Shown: piece after piece, positions 30,497-32,063 of the stretch
Layout: each line of letters begins with the position of its first letter
Numbering within the stretch: the first letter of the stretch is position 1
NCBI GenBank assembly: GCA_040398005.1
Contig: JBBAUX010000008.1
Span: 50,701-82,763, forward strand
Source: Opitutales bacterium
Lineage (GTDB): Bacteria > Verrucomicrobiota > Verrucomicrobiia > Opitutales > UBA953
Reading direction: 5' to 3'
Length of the DNA: 32,063 bases
Translations under genes and position numbers: made by a program
Notes under the pieces: model-generated
Told to the model about the DNA's origin: nothing
The model's input: only the letters and a program-made list of their open reading frames with translations
The model's database searches: none

Positions 30497-31846
30497 ATGA
30501 CCCAAAAGTTATTTGGTACAGATGGTATTCGTGGTCGTGCGAATGAGTACCCAATTACCTCTGAGGTCGCGCTGAAGGCAGGTCAGGCAATTTCTCGTGT
30601 CTTAAAATCTAAAGGGGCAAATCACAATCGCGTGGTGATTGGCAAGGATACGCGAATTTCGGGGTATATGTTAGAAACTGCGCTGACGAGTGGCCTCGTG
30701 GCGAGCGGGATGGACGTTTTTCTGGTCGGTCCGATGCCGACTCCTGCGGTGGCTCATTTAACCAAATCGATGGGTTGTGGAGCCGGTATCATGCTAACGG
30801 CCTCACATAATCATTATGAAGATAATGGTCTCAAAATTTTTGGACCAGACGGTTATAAATTATCCGACGAATTAGAACGCCAGATTGAAGCCGAAATTAT
30901 TTCATCACAGAAGCAGCCCTTGGTTGCTCCTGCACAAATTGGAAAAGCTTTGCGGATTAATGACGCCAGTGGACGTTACATCGAGTACGCGAAACAAAGT
31001 GCGGGCATTGTGGATTTATCTGGATTAAAAATTGTCATCGATTGCGGACATGGTGCGGCCTATCAAATCGCCCCCGTGATTTTCCGAGAACTCGGAGCCG
31101 AAGTAATCAAGTTAGCGGCCGAACCTAACGGTTTGAATATTAACGACGGGGTGGGGGCTTTGCATCCTGAATACGCGGGTAAAGTCGTGAAAGAGCAGGG
31201 TGCTGATATCGGTATATCTTTTGATGGTGATGCGGATCGCGTTATTTTTAGCGACGAAACAGGTGCATCCATATCCGGGGATCGTATTTTAGTTTTATGT
31301 GCGCTGGCACTTAAACAAGCGGGTCTTCTGCGTAACGATACGATGGTCACCACGGTGATGAGTAATCTTGGACTGCATGAAGTCTTACGTGGTGCCGGGA
31401 TTAACGTCGTGACCTCAGCCGTAGGTGATCGCCATGTGATTGAAGCGCTTCGTAAAGGTGGCTTCTCGTTCGGTGGCGAAAATTCAGGCCACCTAATTTT
31501 TGCAGATCATGCGACCACGGGTGATGGCATTCTTAGTGCGATTCAGATTTTACGAATCATGAAACAACAGGGTAAGAAAATTTCTGACTTGGTAAAAGTC
31601 ATGCATGAGTACCCTAGCACATTACTGAATTTAAAAATTAAGTCGAAGCCACCGATTGAGTCTTTAACCCAATTGCAAAAGACGATACGCGAAGCGGATC
31701 AAGCTTTTGGTCAGGTTGGCCGTCACTTAATCCGCTATTCTGGAACCGAAAACAAAATCCGTATCTTAGTTGAGCATCGTGAGAAATCGGAAGTCGATGC
31801 CTGGACGCAACGTTTCCAACAAGCCCTGGAGAAAGACCTAGCTTAA
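30497..31846 (+). CDS. glmM: phosphoglucosamine mutase
   Basis: FGTDGIRG, GKDTRISGYMLE, TASHN (phosphoserine), DGDADR, GGENSGH and RYSGTE motifs. Confidence 0.96.
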   Translation: MTQKLFGTDGIRGRANEYPITSEVALKAGQAISRVLKSKGANHNRVVIGKDTRISGYMLETALTSGLVASGMDVFLVGPMPTPAVAHLTKSMGCGAGIMLTASHNHYEDNGLKIFGPDGYKLSDELERQIEAEIISSQKQPLVAPAQIGKALRINDASGRYIEYAKQSAGIVDLSGLKIVIDCGHGAAYQIAPVIFRELGAEVIKLAAEPNGLNINDGVGALHPEYAGKVVKEQGADIGISFDGDADRVIFSDETGASISGDRILVLCALALKQAGLLRNDTMVTTVMSNLGLHEVLRGAGINVVTSAVGDRHVIEALRKGGFSFGGENSGHLIFADHATTGDGILSAIQILRIMKQQGKKISDLVKVMHEYPSTLLNLKIKSKPPIESLTQLQKTIREADQAFGQVGRHLIRYSGTENKIRILVEHREKSEVDAWTQRFQQALEKDLA

Positions 31847-31848
31847 TC

Positions 31849-32063
31849 ATGCCTCTTTATAATCTCATTAAATCTAAGGCATCGGCGGCGGCGGAACCGA
31901 TTGTCTCAACGCGGACCTGGGCGCAAATTTCTTTAGCTAATATCGCATTAGAAGCTCATCATCAAACGACTTTAGCCGCCGCGGGCTGTTCTTATTCCAA
32001 GGACGAGGTCGTAGCGATAAAAGTCCATCCACAAGCGTGGTTGGACCCTCTTGAAGTCATTAA
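31849..32063 (+). CDS. hypothetical protein, N-terminal fragment running off the window
   Basis: ATG 2 nt after the glmM stop; frame open to the window edge: MPLYNLIKSKASAAAEPIVSTRTWAQISLANIALEAHHQTTLAAAGCSYSKDEVVAIKVHPQAWLDPLEVI. Confidence 0.6.
   Translation, partial: MPLYNLIKSKASAAAEPIVSTRTWAQISLANIALEAHHQTTLAAAGCSYSKDEVVAIKVHPQAWLDPLEVI

Overview
Gene-dense bacterial core-chromosome segment with about 29 CDS. I infer a Verrucomicrobiota/Opitutae-like origin from protein style and the lexA operator; this is not verified. Gene order: metY (partial) <- -> cysS, SIMPL protein, thrS, Tat-exported alkaline phosphatase, redoxin, cysE, double-GAF histidine kinase, dedA, glnD, msrA, rarA, dusB, a DnaA-box-containing intergenic region, dnaA, TPP riboswitch, thiC, SAM methyltransferase, secreted hypothetical, lexA, MenH-like hydrolase, flavin reductase-like protein, speA, SMUG1-type uracil-DNA glycosylase, Rv2952-like methyltransferase, uup, MFS transporter, glmM, and a partial hypothetical. 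I found no tRNA/rRNA, CRISPR array, transposase, integrase or defence cassette, and no clear-cut novel multi-gene system. The best leads are regulatory: (1) a pair of overlapping hairpins with a GGUAA (Thr anticodon-like) loop on the thrS start; (2) a -35-like hexamer 34-38 nt before at least 11 start codons, suggesting widespread leaderless or short-leader mRNAs; (3) a palindromic lexA operator readable as both Firmicutes-type and Verrucomicrobia-type boxes; (4) dnaA without dnaN, with a variant DNA-binding signature and degenerate boxes; (5) a TPP aptamer with an atypical L5 loop; (6) a mycobacterial-lipid-type methyltransferase coupled to SMUG1. All calls come from motif recognition by eye, with no database searches.
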